The notes under the pieces were generated by a model. It saw nothing but the letters and a program-made list of their open reading frames with translations, had not been told where the DNA came from and searched no databases. The translations under genes were made by a program, and so were the position numbers. A stretch of 49,292 nt of DNA from an uncultured delta proteobacterium (GTDB lineage: Bacteria > Myxococcota > Myxococcia > Myxococcales > Anaeromyxobacteraceae): contig CAWHDZ010000006.1 in NCBI GenBank assembly GCA_963828255.1, positions 1 through 49,292 on the forward strand, in the 5' to 3' direction. Positions 38,752 to 48,947 of the stretch are shown here, in pieces (the first letter of the stretch is position 1; each line of letters opens with the position of its first letter).

Positions 38752-38807
38752 CCTCGGCCCCGGAACCGGGCCGGCACGCGGGCCGCGCCGCCAACCACCG
38801 CGCCGAG

Positions 38808-39352
38808 GTGAAGGCGCTGCCCCTGCCCGGGCGCTTCCTGCTCGCGCCCATCGGGCCGCTGCCGCGCGGGACGATCGCCTCGATCTCGGCCGCGCTGCAG
38901 GAGATCTTCGGGCCCCCGGCCGAGCCCATTCCGCCCCAGGTGAAGCCGGAGTTCGCCTTCAACAAGGACCGGCGCCAGTACCACTCCACCGCCGTGCTGC
39001 GCCGGCTGGAGGCCTTGCGCCCCCAGGGGAGCGACGCGCCGGTGCTGGGGGTGGTGGACGTGGATCTCTTCGTGCCCGACCAGCCCTTCGTCTTCGGCGA
39101 GTCCGACCGGGACTCCCGCAGCGCGCTGGTGAGCGTCTTCCGGCTCAAGGGGGGGAGGGCCAGCCGGTGTCGCCGGAGCGGCTCGCCCACCGCGCCCGGG
39201 TCGAGGCGGCCCACGCCACCGGGCACCTGCTCGGCCTCTCCCACTGCGGCGACTTCCGCTGCGTCATGTTCCTCGCGCACACCCCGGCGGACTCCGACCG
39301 GAAGGGCGACGGGCTGTGCGCCGCCTGCCGCTCCGCCGTGGGACGCCCGTGA
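38808..39352 (+). CDS. Archaemetzincin-like protein (catalytic Glu absent), frameshifted at G7 39149-39155
   Basis: AFNKDRRQYHS, VLGVVDVDLFVP, FVFGE, ALVSVFRL in one frame; EAAHATGHLLGLSHC...CVM...DRK...LCAAC in another. Confidence 0.85.
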
Positions 39353-39377
39353 CGCCGGCCGGGTTCGCGACGTCCGC

Positions 39378-40169
39378 GTGAACTCCCTCTGCCAGCGCGC
39401 CCGCTCGAGCTGCGGCGCCTGCTGCGGCCTCTACAACCGCGAGGACCATGGGGAGGAGGCGGTCCGGGAGCGGCTCGACGCCCGTACCGACGCGCTCGCC
39501 GGCGTTCCCCGCACCCCGGATGGCTTCCGCGCGGCGTCGGCGCGCATCGCCGCCTCCGAGCCCCAGGCGCTCTTCCCGTCGGTGCGGGTATGCCCGCTGC
39601 TCGGCTGGCTCGACCCGGAGCGGACCCGGGTGGGCTGCCTGGCCCACCCGCTCGTGACCGGCGGCGCCGACCTGCGCGACCAGGGGGTCTACGACGCCTC
39701 CATCTGCGAGACCTTCCTCTGCCCGAGCCACTCCTGGCTCGCCGAGGAGGAGGCGGAGATCGTGGACGACACCTGCGCCGACGCGCACCTCTACGGGCTC
39801 GTGGCCACCGACGTGCCCTTCGTGCGGGCGGTGCTCGACGCGGTGGGGCGGCTCGCCGGTGCGCGCATCGAGCGGCGCCACCTGGATCGGGCGCCGGTGC
39901 GCGACGCCCTGCGCCGGCTCTTCGCGCTCAAGGAGGAGCTCGAGCCCGGCTCGGAGGGGCTCTTCGGGGCCTTCCGGCCCGGCGCGGACGGGGAGCCGGT
40001 GCCGCGCAGCATCGACTACGCGGGGGTAGAGCGCGAGGTCTCCCCGTGGGACGCGATCTTGGTCTGCGTGGGAGCGGATCCGAGGTCGGGCAACGATCTC
40101 GACCGGCTGGAGAGGGAGGTGCGGGGGAGGCTCGAGGAGTGCGCGCGGGCGCTAAGCCGGGGGAGCTGA
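39378..40169 (+). CDS. Cysteine-rich hypothetical protein (possible Zn or Fe-S cluster)
   Basis: GTG start; SLCQ...SCGACCGLYN...VCPLLG...VGCLAHP...ICETFLCP; typical codon usage. Confidence 0.75.
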   Translation: MNSLCQRARSSCGACCGLYNREDHGEEAVRERLDARTDALAGVPRTPDGFRAASARIAASEPQALFPSVRVCPLLGWLDPERTRVGCLAHPLVTGGADLRDQGVYDASICETFLCPSHSWLAEEEAEIVDDTCADAHLYGLVATDVPFVRAVLDAVGRLAGARIERRHLDRAPVRDALRRLFALKEELEPGSEGLFGAFRPGADGEPVPRSIDYAGVEREVSPWDAILVCVGADPRSGNDLDRLEREVRGRLEECARALSRGS

Positions 40170-40227
40170 GGTTTCGACGAGGACGGGCGTCTTCGTGTTC
40201 CCGCTCCTGCGGCAGCTGAAGCTGCCG

Positions 40228-42249
40228 CTACAAGCCAGCGGCAACGATCTCCGCGATGTCCACCACCTTCATGGTCTCTTCCTTCCCCAGCTCGGCCACG
40301 CCGTCCTTCAGCATGGTGAGGCAGAACGGGCAGCCCACCGCCACCACGCCGCCCTTGTCGCCCAGGACGCGCGCGGCCTCCTCGACCCGGTTCTGGTTGA
40401 TGCGGGTGCCGAGCTTCTCCTCGAGCCACATGCGCCCGCCGCCCGCGCCGCAGCAGAAGCCCTGCTCGCGGTTGCGCTCCATCTCGATCACGCGCAGTCC
40501 GGGCACCGCGGCCAGGGCCGCGCGGGGCTCGTCGGTCACGCCGTTCCAGCGCGCCAGGTAGCACGGGTCGTGGAAGGTGACGAGCTGCCCCTCGTAGGCG
40601 CTGGCGGCCCCGGGGGTGAGCTTTCCCTCGGAGACGAGGCGCGCGATGAGCTCCGCGTGGTGCACCACCTCGAACGCACCGCCGAACTGGGGGAACTCGT
40701 TCTTGATGGTGTTCAGGCAGTGGGGGCACTGGGCGATGACCTTCTTCACCCCGTAGCCCTTCATGAGCTCGACGTTGGCGGTGGCCTGCATCTGGAAGAG
40801 GTACTCGTTGCCCAGCCGGCGCGCGGTCTCGCCGTTGCACGTCTCCTCCTCGCCCAGGATGGCGAACTTCACCCCGGCGGCCCGCAGGATCTTCACGATG
40901 GCGCGGGAGACCTTCTTCTGCCGGTCGTCGAAGGCGCCGGCGCAGCCCACGAAGAAGAGCCACTCGAAGTCGCCCTCGCTGGCGCGCGGCACGGCCAGGT
41001 CGTCGCACCACTCGGCGCGCCGGTTGGAGCCGATGCCCCAGGGGTTTCCCTGGGTCTCGATGTTCTTGAAGACGCGGGCGGCCTCGTCCGGGAAGGCCGA
41101 CTCGACGAGCACCTGGTGGCGCCGCAGGTCCACGATGCGGGGGACCTGCTCGATGAGCACCGGGCAGGCGGTCTCGCACCAGCCGCAGGTGGTGCAGGCC
41201 CAGACGGTGGCCTCGGCCAGCACGTTCCCCACCACCGCAGGCAGCTTCTCGGCGGCGGCGTCGCGGGCCGCAGCGTCGGGGGCGCGGGCGAAGGCGAGGA
41301 GCGCGGGGGCCTGGTCCTGGATGTGGTGGCGCAGCGTCCGGTTCACCTCCTTGTGGCTCAGGGGTTTCCCGGTGACGTAGGTCGGGCAATGGGTCTGGCA
41401 GCGTCCGCACTCGGTGCAGGAGTAGGTGTCGAGGGCCTCCTTCCAGGAGAGGTCCTTCACGGCGCGTGCACCGTAGTCGGGGGTCTCCGATTCCAGGTCG
41501 AGCTTGCGCAGCGATCCGCGCGGGGGCAACCGCTGCACGTAGACGTCGGGCAGCGCGGTGATGACGTGGAAGTGCTTCCCGAAGGGCAGGAAGTTCAGGA
41601 AGACGAGAACGATGACGAGGTGGAGCCAGAACGAGGCCGCCCCGATTCCAGCGGTGACGCCGGGATCGAGGCCGGCGAGGAGCGCCGCGCCGAGCGACCC
41701 GGCCGGCGCGCTCCAGGCGAGGTGCGAGTCCAGGCCGGCTGCGAGCCGCTCCGCCCCCTCGAAGAGGATGTCGGTCACCATCAGGCCGGCGATGAAGCCG
41801 AGGATGAGGACGCCCTCCCAGCTTCGGGTGACCCGGTCGGGCTTCGTGACGACGCGCCGCCAGATGAAGGCCAGCGCCGCGAAGAGGGCGAGGAGGACCG
41901 CCACGTCCTTCAAGAAGGCGTAGGCGTCGCCGACGGGCGTTCCCGGCCCGAGGAGCGGGAGGTGGAAGTGGGGCGAGAAGCCCACGCCGAAGAGGGTGAC
42001 CGTCCGGGCCCCCAGGACGAGGAAGGCCGCGAAGATGAGGATGTGCAGGAACCCGGGCCAGGTCTCGCCCCGGTCGGTCAGCCGCGACTGGCCGAAGCCG
42101 AAGCGGAGCAGCCCGCGGATGCGTTCCCCGGGCCGGTCGAGCCGTTCGTCCTTCCGGAAGGCCCGCAGCGGGGCCAGCCGGCGAACCATCGTGAAGGCGA
42201 AGAATCCGCCGGCCGACAGGAGCAGCAGCGCGGTGAACCAGGGGCTCAT
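40228..42249 (-). CDS. Membrane-bound Fe-S oxidoreductase (FadF/HdrD/GlpC-like)
   Basis: N-terminal TM block with His residues, CTECGRCQTHCP, CTTCGWCETACP, two cysteine-rich domains (TCNG, HDPCYL, FCCGAGGG, GCPFC). Confidence 0.92.
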   Translation of the reverse strand: MSPWFTALLLLSAGGFFAFTMVRRLAPLRAFRKDERLDRPGERIRGLLRFGFGQSRLTDRGETWPGFLHILIFAAFLVLGARTVTLFGVGFSPHFHLPLLGPGTPVGDAYAFLKDVAVLLALFAALAFIWRRVVTKPDRVTRSWEGVLILGFIAGLMVTDILFEGAERLAAGLDSHLAWSAPAGSLGAALLAGLDPGVTAGIGAASFWLHLVIVLVFLNFLPFGKHFHVITALPDVYVQRLPPRGSLRKLDLESETPDYGARAVKDLSWKEALDTYSCTECGRCQTHCPTYVTGKPLSHKEVNRTLRHHIQDQAPALLAFARAPDAAARDAAAEKLPAVVGNVLAEATVWACTTCGWCETACPVLIEQVPRIVDLRRHQVLVESAFPDEAARVFKNIETQGNPWGIGSNRRAEWCDDLAVPRASEGDFEWLFFVGCAGAFDDRQKKVSRAIVKILRAAGVKFAILGEEETCNGETARRLGNEYLFQMQATANVELMKGYGVKKVIAQCPHCLNTIKNEFPQFGGAFEVVHHAELIARLVSEGKLTPGAASAYEGQLVTFHDPCYLARWNGVTDEPRAALAAVPGLRVIEMERNREQGFCCGAGGGRMWLEEKLGTRINQNRVEEAARVLGDKGGVVAVGCPFCLTMLKDGVAELGKEETMKVVDIAEIVAAGL

Positions 42250-42280
42250 GGGGCGGAGAGTGTACCCCCTGATTCTGGAA

Positions 42281-43215
42281 TCAGTCCACTTGCTTCGCCG
42301 GGTCCTTCTCCGGGCGGCCCCGGGCCTTCGAGGGCTGCTCTTCCTTCTTCTTCTGGTCGTCCTTCTTCTTCTGGTCGTCCTTCTTCGGGGGCGGCGCCCT
42401 GGAAGGTGGGTTCGCCGCCGCCGGCGGTGCGGGAGGGGGGCGCGAGGTGGAGGGCGCCGGCTGGGTAGGCCGTGGCGACCGCTGGGCGGGAGCCGTCGAC
42501 GGCGTCGCCGCAGGAGCCGGCTTCGGAGGCGGGGGGCGCTGCGCGGGGGGCGGCGGAACGGTCGGGGGAGCGCTGGGCGGCGAGGCCGGGGACTGCTGCT
42601 TTCCCCCCCCTGGTCGTGGGGGCGATCCGGCCCACGGTCGTGGCCGGAACCCTGCCCCTTTTCCGGGGAGCCGTCATCGTAGGGCCGGGGAGGAGGAACG
42701 GGCTTGCGCGCCGACGGGGGAGGCGGACGGTACTGGCCCGGAGGGGGAGGACGGACCGCGGCGGGTGGCGGTGGGCGGGGCGGCGCGTAGTTCCACCAGC
42801 CCGGAGGCGGCGGGCGCGACGGGGCCCACGGGCCGCCGTAGTTCCAGCCCGATCCACGCCAGGTGAACCCGGCGCCGTAGGGAGGGTAGAAGTCGTGCCG
42901 GTGCGGGCCGCCCACGGGGCACCAGCCGCCTCCGGGCATGGGGTGGCCATCGAAGTAGGTGAACATCACCGGGCCGCGCCAGAAGAGGAAGCCGTCGTCG
43001 TAGGCGAACCAGTCGGGCCGGTCGGGGAAGTAGTCATGGGCGTGGGGGCCGTCGTACCAGCACCAGCCGCCGGCGCTGCCGGGCGGGATGGCGTGTTGCC
43101 CGCCGTACCAGACCTCGACCACCTGGGGCGGCGGCGGGGCGGGGACCACCGTCCCGGCGGTGATCACGCAGCCGGTGATGGAGAGCAGGAGCATCGTGAG
43201 CGCGATTCGTCGCAT
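42281..43215 (-). CDS. Pro-rich lipoprotein with two His/Cys repeats, frameshifted at the 8-base run 42603-42610
   Basis: Lipobox ITGC; adding one G gives ...GKQQSPASPP...PKKDDQKKKDDQKKKEEQP...KQVD and a stop at 42281-42283; length 935 nt (3n+2). Confidence 0.75.
42342..42386. repeat. 18-bp tandem repeat x2.5 (KKKDDQ on the minus strand)
   Basis: tccttcttcttctggtcg twice plus tccttcttc. Confidence 0.85.
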
Positions 43216-43265
43216 GGTTCACCCCTGGTAGACGTACCCTGGGACGGCCGGGGCCGCCCGGAAAT

Positions 43266-44255
43266 TCAGACCCGCGCGCGGGGGGCGCCTGGCCCCGACT
43301 GCCGCGAGCGGGCCAGCTCGACGGCGTGCTCCACGTACATCCGGGCGATGTCCTTCTTGGTGGCCCGCTCCAGCCCCTCGAACCCGGGCGAGCTGTTCAC
43401 CTCCATGATCTTCGGGCCGGTGCGCGACTCGAGCATGTCCACGCCGGCCACCTCGAGCCCGATGACCCGCGCCGCCTTCACCGCCGCCTCGGCGTACTCG
43501 CGGGGCAGCACCACCGCGCGGGCCTTGCCCCCGCGGTGGATGTTGGAGCGGAACTCGCCGGTGCGCGCCTGCCGCCGCATCGCCGCCACCACCCGGTCGC
43601 CGATGACCAGCGCCCGCAGGTCGCGCCCCTTCGACTCGGCCACGAACTCCTGGAGCAGGATCTCCTGTCCCAGGTCCCAGAAGGTGTCGAGCATCCCCTG
43701 CACCTCGTCCATGGTGGAGGCGATCATGACGCCCACCCCCTGCGTGCCCTGGATGAGCTTGATGATGCAGGGGAGCCCCCCCACGTGCTCGACCACCTGC
43801 GCCACCTCGTCGCGGTACCGGCACATGGCTGTGCGCGGGATGTCCAGGCCGAAGCGGGAGAGCAACTGCAGCGCGCGCAGCTTGTCGCGCGAGCGGGCGA
43901 TGGGGATGGCGTCGTTCAGCACCGGCACGCCCATCATGTCGAGCTGGTTCACCACCGCGAGGCCGTAGGCGGTGATCGAGGCGCCGATGCGCGGGATGAC
44001 CACGTCGAGGTGCCCCACCTCCTCGCCCCGGTAGAAGATGGCCGGGCGCTCCCGGGCCAGCACCATGTTGCAGTGGAGGGTGTCGAGGACGCGGGCGCGG
44101 TGGCCCAGCGCGCGGATGGCCTCGACGAGCCTCCGGGTCGAGTGGAGCCGGGGGTTCCGGGAGAGGATGGCCACGGTGAGGCGGCCGCCCGGAGGGGCAG
44201 GGGCGCGGGGGCGCCGGGTCGCCTTCGCGGCGCGCCGAGATCCGTTCCTGGCCAT
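43266..44255 (-). CDS. rimK: RimK-family alpha-L-glutamate ligase
   Basis: ILSRNPRLHSTRRL, VIPRIGASIT, SRDKLRALQLL, GTQGVGV, EFRSNIHRGG, EVNSSPGFEG. Confidence 0.93.
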   Translation of the reverse strand: MARNGSRRAAKATRRPRAPAPPGGRLTVAILSRNPRLHSTRRLVEAIRALGHRARVLDTLHCNMVLARERPAIFYRGEEVGHLDVVIPRIGASITAYGLAVVNQLDMMGVPVLNDAIPIARSRDKLRALQLLSRFGLDIPRTAMCRYRDEVAQVVEHVGGLPCIIKLIQGTQGVGVMIASTMDEVQGMLDTFWDLGQEILLQEFVAESKGRDLRALVIGDRVVAAMRRQARTGEFRSNIHRGGKARAVVLPREYAEAAVKAARVIGLEVAGVDMLESRTGPKIMEVNSSPGFEGLERATKKDIARMYVEHAVELARSRQSGPGAPRARV

Positions 44256-44314
44256 GGTCGCGCCGAGCCTACGACGCGATCCCGAGGGGTCGCAAGCCGG
44301 CGCGGATCGGTTCG

Positions 44315-44343
44315 TTGATCGGGGCTGGCCGCGCTGGTAGAAC
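44315..44343 (+). promoter_or_regulatory. Putative sigma70 promoter of ileS-lspA-lgt
   Basis: TTGATC-17 bp-TAGAAC with extended -10 TG. Confidence 0.5.
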
Positions 44344-44384
44344 CCTCGATCCCCCCCGACAGGCGAAGAGAGAAGAGAGCGGAC

Positions 44385-47225
44385 GTGGAATACAAGGACA
44401 CCGTCAACCTCCCGAAGACCGACTTCCCGATGAAGGCCAACCTGCCCCAGCGGGAGCCCGAGATCCTGAAGGAGTGGGAGGCCGCCAGGACCTTCGAGAG
44501 CCTGGTGGCGGGGAACGTGGCCAGGGGCGGCAAGCTCTTCGTCCTCCACGACGGGCCGCCCTACGCCAACGGCCACATCCACATCGGCCACGCCCTCAAC
44601 AAGATCCTGAAGGACGTCATCGTCAAGTACCGGAACATGGCCGGCGAGGTGGCCGACTACCGGCCGGGGTGGGACTGCCACGGCCTGCCTATCGAGCGGA
44701 AGGTGGACGAGGAACTCGGCTCGAAGAAGCGCGAGATGGACCGGCCGGCGGTGATCGCGGCGGCTCGCGCCTACGCCGGGAAGTGGATCGACAGGCAGCG
44801 CGAGGAGTTCAAGCGGCTCGGCATCTTCGGCCGCTGGGAGGAGCCCTACGCCACGATGGACCGCCGCTACGAGGCCGACACGGTCCGTGCGCTGGCCCTG
44901 GTCGCCGAGAAGGGGTACCTCTCCCGCGGCAAGAAGCCGGTCTACTGGTGCACCACCGACCGGACGGCGCTCGCCGAGGCCGAGGTCGAGTACGAGGAGC
45001 ACACCTCGCCGTCCATCCACGTGGCCTTCGAGGTGGTGGGCGACCTGCCCGCGCCGGTGCCGGCGGGGCGCGCGGCGAGCCTGGTCATCTGGACGACCAC
45101 CCCCTGGACGCTGCCCGCCAACCTGGCGGTGGCCGCCCACCCCGACTTCGTCTACGTCGCCTACGACCTCCGCGGGAAGGTGGTCGTGGTCGCCAAGGAC
45201 CTGCTGGCCAGCTTCCTGGCCGCGGTGGCGCCCGACGAGCTCGTGGACGGGGCCGCCCCGCCCGCCCACTCGCCGCAGGCCCATGAGGCGGCCACCGGCG
45301 GCGCCGGCGTCCCGGGACTGGCGCTGCGGGACCCCACCCGCATCCTCGCCCACCTGGAGGGCAAGCAGCTCGAGGGGGTGAGGTACCGACACCCGTTCAT
45401 GGGGCGCGAGTCCCCGGTGGTGCTCGGCGAGCACGTCACGCTCGAGGCCGGCACCGGGCTCGTGCACACCGCTCCCGGCCACGGCCAGGAGGACTACGAG
45501 ACCGGCGTGAAGTACGGGCTCGAGATCCTGAACCCGGTGGACGGGGCCGGGCGCTTCACCGAGGCGGCGGGAAAGTACGCCGGCAAGGAGATCTTCGCCG
45601 CCAACGCCGAGATCGTGGCCGACCTGCACGCCTCCGGCCACCTGCTCTCCGACCCCAAGGCCTCGCTGCGCCACAGCTATCCGCACTGCTGGCGCTGCCA
45701 CCGGCCGGTGGTCTTCCGGGCCACCGATCAGTGGTTCCTCTCGCTGGGGCACGACGGCCTGCGCGGCCGGACGCTGGCCGAGATCGACCGGGTCCAGTGG
45801 ATCCCGCGCTGGGGCCGGGACCGCATCTACAACATGATCGAGCACCGGCCCGACTGGTGCCTCTCGCGCCAGCGCACCTGGGGTGTGCCCATCACGGTCT
45901 TCTACTGCGAGGGGTGCAACGAGCCGCTGGTCTCCCCGGCGCTCATGCGGCGCGTGGCCGACGAGTTCGAGAAGGAGGGCGTCGAGGCCTGGTACCGGCA
46001 CGAGCCCGCCTACTTCACGCAGGGTGAGAAGTGCGGTTCCTGCGGCGGCGCCGACTTCCGGCGCGAGCAGGACATCCTCGACGTCTGGTGGGACTCGGGC
46101 GTCTCCTGGGCGGCGGTGGCCGAGCACGGGCGGAACAGTGAGTTCCCCGTGAGCCTCTACCTGGAAGGCTCCGACCAGCACCGCGGCTGGTTCCACTCCT
46201 CGCTCCTCACCTCCATGGCCATCCGCGGCATCGCCCCCTACAGGGCGGTGCTCACCCACGGCTTCGTCCTCGACGGCCAGGGGCGGGCCATGTCGAAGAG
46301 CGTGGGCAACGTGGTGGCGCCCGAGGAGATCATCAAGAAGTACGGCGCCGACGTCCTGCGCCTCTGGGTGGCCGCCTCCGACTACCGCGACGACGTGCGG
46401 GTCTCCGGCCAGATCCTCGACGGCCTGGCCGAGGGCTACCGTAAGATCCGCAACACCGTGCGCTGGGCGCTCGGGAACCTGGCCGGCTTCGACCCGGAGC
46501 GGGACGCGGTCCCGGTGGCCGAGATGGAGCCCTTCGACCGCTGGGCCTACGCCCGGATGGTCGAGTGGCAGGACACGGTGGCGAAAGCCTACGCCGACTA
46601 CGAGTTCCACGTGGCCTACCACGCCACCATGGAGTTCGTCTCGGTGACCCTCTCCTCGGTCTACTTCGACGTGGTGAAGGACCGGCTCTACACGTCGCGC
46701 GCCGGCGGCAAGCCGCGCCGCAGCGCCCAGACGCTGCTCCACATGGTCGCGCAGGACCTGCTCCGCATGCTGGCCCCGGTGCTCTCCTTCACGGCCCACG
46801 AGGCCTGGAAGTTCCTTCCGGGCCGCCCGCCCGGGTCGGTGTTCGAGGCCGGCCTGCCTGCCCGCCCGCCCCCGGCCGATGGCGCCGCGCTCACCGAGCG
46901 CTACGCGAAGCTGCTCACGGTCCGGGCCGAGGCCATGAAGGCGCTCGAGCTGGCCCGCAGGGACAAGCTCATCGGCTCCGGCCTGGAGGCGCAGGTCACC
47001 ATCGCGGCCGAGGGCGACACGCTTTCGCTCCTGCGCGAGGCGGCCGCCGAGCTGCCCACCCTCCTCATCGTCTCCAAGGTGCTCCTCGCCCCCGGTTCGC
47101 TCTCCGTGAAGGTGGAGCGGGCCCCCGGCGAGAAGTGCGACCGCTGCTGGGTCTTCGCCGAGGACCGGGGGGTCGTCCCGGCCCACCCCACGCTGTGCGG
47201 GAAGTGCGCGGCGGCGCTGGCATGA
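44385..47225 (+). CDS. ileS: Isoleucine--tRNA ligase (type 1)
   Basis: [41 protein letters not shown]-terminal CDRCW...LCGKC. Confidence 0.98.
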   Translation: MEYKDTVNLPKTDFPMKANLPQREPEILKEWEAARTFESLVAGNVARGGKLFVLHDGPPYANGHIHIGHALNKILKDVIVKYRNMAGEVADYRPGWDCHGLPIERKVDEELGSKKREMDRPAVIAAARAYAGKWIDRQREEFKRLGIFGRWEEPYATMDRRYEADTVRALALVAEKGYLSRGKKPVYWCTTDRTALAEAEVEYEEHTSPSIHVAFEVVGDLPAPVPAGRAASLVIWTTTPWTLPANLAVAAHPDFVYVAYDLRGKVVVVAKDLLASFLAAVAPDELVDGAAPPAHSPQAHEAATGGAGVPGLALRDPTRILAHLEGKQLEGVRYRHPFMGRESPVVLGEHVTLEAGTGLVHTAPGHGQEDYETGVKYGLEILNPVDGAGRFTEAAGKYAGKEIFAANAEIVADLHASGHLLSDPKASLRHSYPHCWRCHRPVVFRATDQWFLSLGHDGLRGRTLAEIDRVQWIPRWGRDRIYNMIEHRPDWCLSRQRTWGVPITVFYCEGCNEPLVSPALMRRVADEFEKEGVEAWYRHEPAYFTQGEKCGSCGGADFRREQDILDVWWDSGVSWAAVAEHGRNSEFPVSLYLEGSDQHRGWFHSSLLTSMAIRGIAPYRAVLTHGFVLDGQGRAMSKSVGNVVAPEEIIKKYGADVLRLWVAASDYRDDVRVSGQILDGLAEGYRKIRNTVRWALGNLAGFDPERDAVPVAEMEPFDRWAYARMVEWQDTVAKAYADYEFHVAYHATMEFVSVTLSSVYFDVVKDRLYTSRAGGKPRRSAQTLLHMVAQDLLRMLAPVLSFTAHEAWKFLPGRPPGSVFEAGLPARPPPADGAALTERYAKLLTVRAEAMKALELARRDKLIGSGLEAQVTIAAEGDTLSLLREAAAELPTLLIVSKVLLAPGSLSVKVERAPGEKCDRCWVFAEDRGVVPAHPTLCGKCAAALA

Positions 47226-47818
47226 AGGGCGGGATCTCCAAGTGGACCCTGCTCGCCGCCATCGTCGCGGTGATGGTGGTCTCCGACCAGTGGTCCAAGT
47301 TCCTGGCGGTGGACCGGCTCACCTGGGCCTTCCAGCGGGCCGGGGCCGTCGGAGCCGCCGCCAAGGTGGAGGCCTTCCTCTCGGTGAAGCACCTCGAGTC
47401 GCTGGCCCGCCCGCCCCATGTGGTCTGGGATCCCATGTGGCGGATGACCTACGCCGAGAATCCCGGCGCGGCCTGGGGCATGCTGCGCGACCTCCCCGCC
47501 GGTTTCCGCCACGGCTTCTTCGTGGTCATGACGCTCGGGGCGCTCGGCTTCATCCTCTGGTACTACCGCAAGCTCGGACGCGACGAGCGCTTCATGCAGG
47601 TGGCGCTCTCCTTCGTCTTCTCCGGCGCGGTGGGGAACCTCCTCGACCGCCTGGCGCGCGGCTACGTCATCGACTTCGTGCAGTGGCACTGGTGGCGCAA
47701 CCCCCAGCTCTACTGGCCCATCTTCAACCTGGCCGACTCGCTCATCGTGGTCGGGGTCGCCATGATCCTGCTCCACCCCGCAGGGAAGAAGGGCGAAGCC
47801 AAGGGGGTTCACCCGTAG
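47222..47818 (+). CDS. lspA: Lipoprotein signal peptidase II
   Basis: [31 protein letters not shown]. Confidence 0.95.
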   Translation: MKGGISKWTLLAAIVAVMVVSDQWSKFLAVDRLTWAFQRAGAVGAAAKVEAFLSVKHLESLARPPHVVWDPMWRMTYAENPGAAWGMLRDLPAGFRHGFFVVMTLGALGFILWYYRKLGRDERFMQVALSFVFSGAVGNLLDRLARGYVIDFVQWHWWRNPQLYWPIFNLADSLIVVGVAMILLHPAGKKGEAKGVHP

Positions 47819-48898
47819 ATGCTCCCCGTCCTCCTCCGCATCGTTCTCGAGCCGGCCTGGGCCTGGGTGCTCGCCGTGGGCGTGGCGCTCGCCGTCGTCG
47901 CGGGCCGGGCCGTCTCCTTCCGGAAAGGCGCCGCGAAGGACGGCAAGAAGCCCTCCTGGGGCGAGGCCATCTGGTCCGACAAGGCCGTGGTGGGCGCGAT
48001 CCTCGTGGCGTTCCTGGCGGCCTGGCGCTCCGGCGTCCTCGACGAGACCATCCGGCTCCCGCTCCACACCTACGGCGTCATGCTGGCGCTGGCCTTCGTG
48101 GCATCCATCTGGCTGGCCCAGAAGGAGGCGGAGCGGCAGGGGCAGGATCCGGTGCTGGTGGGCGACCTCTCCTTCTGGATCCTGGTCTCCTCGCTCGTGG
48201 GAGCGCGGGTGATGTTCATCCTCGTGAACCTGGGCGACTACTTCGGGGCCAACGCCTTCGTGACCACCCGCTTCGGCCGCATCCCGCGCTTCTTCGCGCT
48301 CTGGGAGGGCGGGATGGTCTTCTACGGCGGGTTCATCGCGGCGGCGCTGGCCGCGGCCGTGTACCTGCGCGTGAAGAAGATGACCTTCCTGCCCTGGGCC
48401 GACACGCTCATCCCATCGGTGGCCTTCGGCCAGTTCATGGGGCGCATCGGGTGCTTCTCGGCCGGCTGCTGCTGGGGCCGGAGCTGCGATCCGGCGCTGC
48501 CCTGGGCGGCCCGGTTCCCGCCGGAGTCGCTGGCCTTCCAGTCGATGGCCGCGCGGGCCAACGCGTCGCGCTTCATCGACCCCGACCACCTGCACACCAT
48601 CCCCATCCACCCGGTGCAGCTCTACGAGGCGCTGGGCGAGCTGCTGCTCTTCGCCTTCCTGGCCCTCTGGCTGCGCCCCCGCAAGCGGTTCAACGGGCAG
48701 GTGATGGCGGCCTGGCTCATGCTCTACGCCGTGCTGCGCACCGTCACCGAGACCTTCCGCGGCGACGTCGAGCGCGGCATGGCCCTCGGGCTCGGAACGG
48801 GCCAGTGGACGTCCATCGTCATCTTCGCCACCGGCCTCGCCATCTGGGTGGTGGGGAGCCGGGCCACCCGGAGGGCCGTGGCCGCCCTGCCCGGGTAG
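47819..48898 (+). CDS. lgt: Prolipoprotein diacylglyceryl transferase
   Basis: HTYGVM, VGARV, WEGGMVFYGG, GRIGCF, HPVQLYE, ETFRGD. Confidence 0.93.
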   Translation: MLPVLLRIVLEPAWAWVLAVGVALAVVAGRAVSFRKGAAKDGKKPSWGEAIWSDKAVVGAILVAFLAAWRSGVLDETIRLPLHTYGVMLALAFVASIWLAQKEAERQGQDPVLVGDLSFWILVSSLVGARVMFILVNLGDYFGANAFVTTRFGRIPRFFALWEGGMVFYGGFIAAALAAAVYLRVKKMTFLPWADTLIPSVAFGQFMGRIGCFSAGCCWGRSCDPALPWAARFPPESLAFQSMAARANASRFIDPDHLHTIPIHPVQLYEALGELLLFAFLALWLRPRKRFNGQVMAAWLMLYAVLRTVTETFRGDVERGMALGLGTGQWTSIVIFATGLAIWVVGSRATRRAVAALPG

Positions 48899-48947
48899 CG
48901 CCTGGCCCGGGAGTTGTGCGATGCGCCCCAGGGGGTAGACTCCCCGG

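Noticed and set aside
38681..38807. tRNA-Gln as an integration site for a genomic island
   Set aside because: No integrase, no duplicated tRNA 3' end seen and no compositional shift downstream.
37764..40169. 801-aa ORF running through fabH and tRNA-Gln
   Set aside because: Composite of an alternate fabH frame, the tRNA and two real genes joined by stop scarcity and a frameshift.
40228..43215. 995-aa lipoprotein/Fe-S oxidoreductase fusion
   Set aside because: The linker is an out-of-frame read caused by an indel at 42603-42610; the oxidoreductase has its own start at 42249.
46132..46146. GGAAC-N5-GTTCC palindrome in ileS
   Set aside because: Single short instance; does not fit the TTCAC-N5-GTG motif or GAAC-N4-GTTC LexA spacing.
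44256..47186. Long N-terminal extension of RimK and other long antisense or overlapping ORFs
   Set aside because: Shadow frames of ileS, gyrB, atpD and others, expected at this GC content; Arg/Pro/Gly-rich with no motifs.
48301..48330. Lgt with FYGG instead of the E. coli FHGG catalytic His
   Set aside because: The Tyr variant is, to my knowledge, common in other bacterial Lgt proteins; the other motifs are intact.
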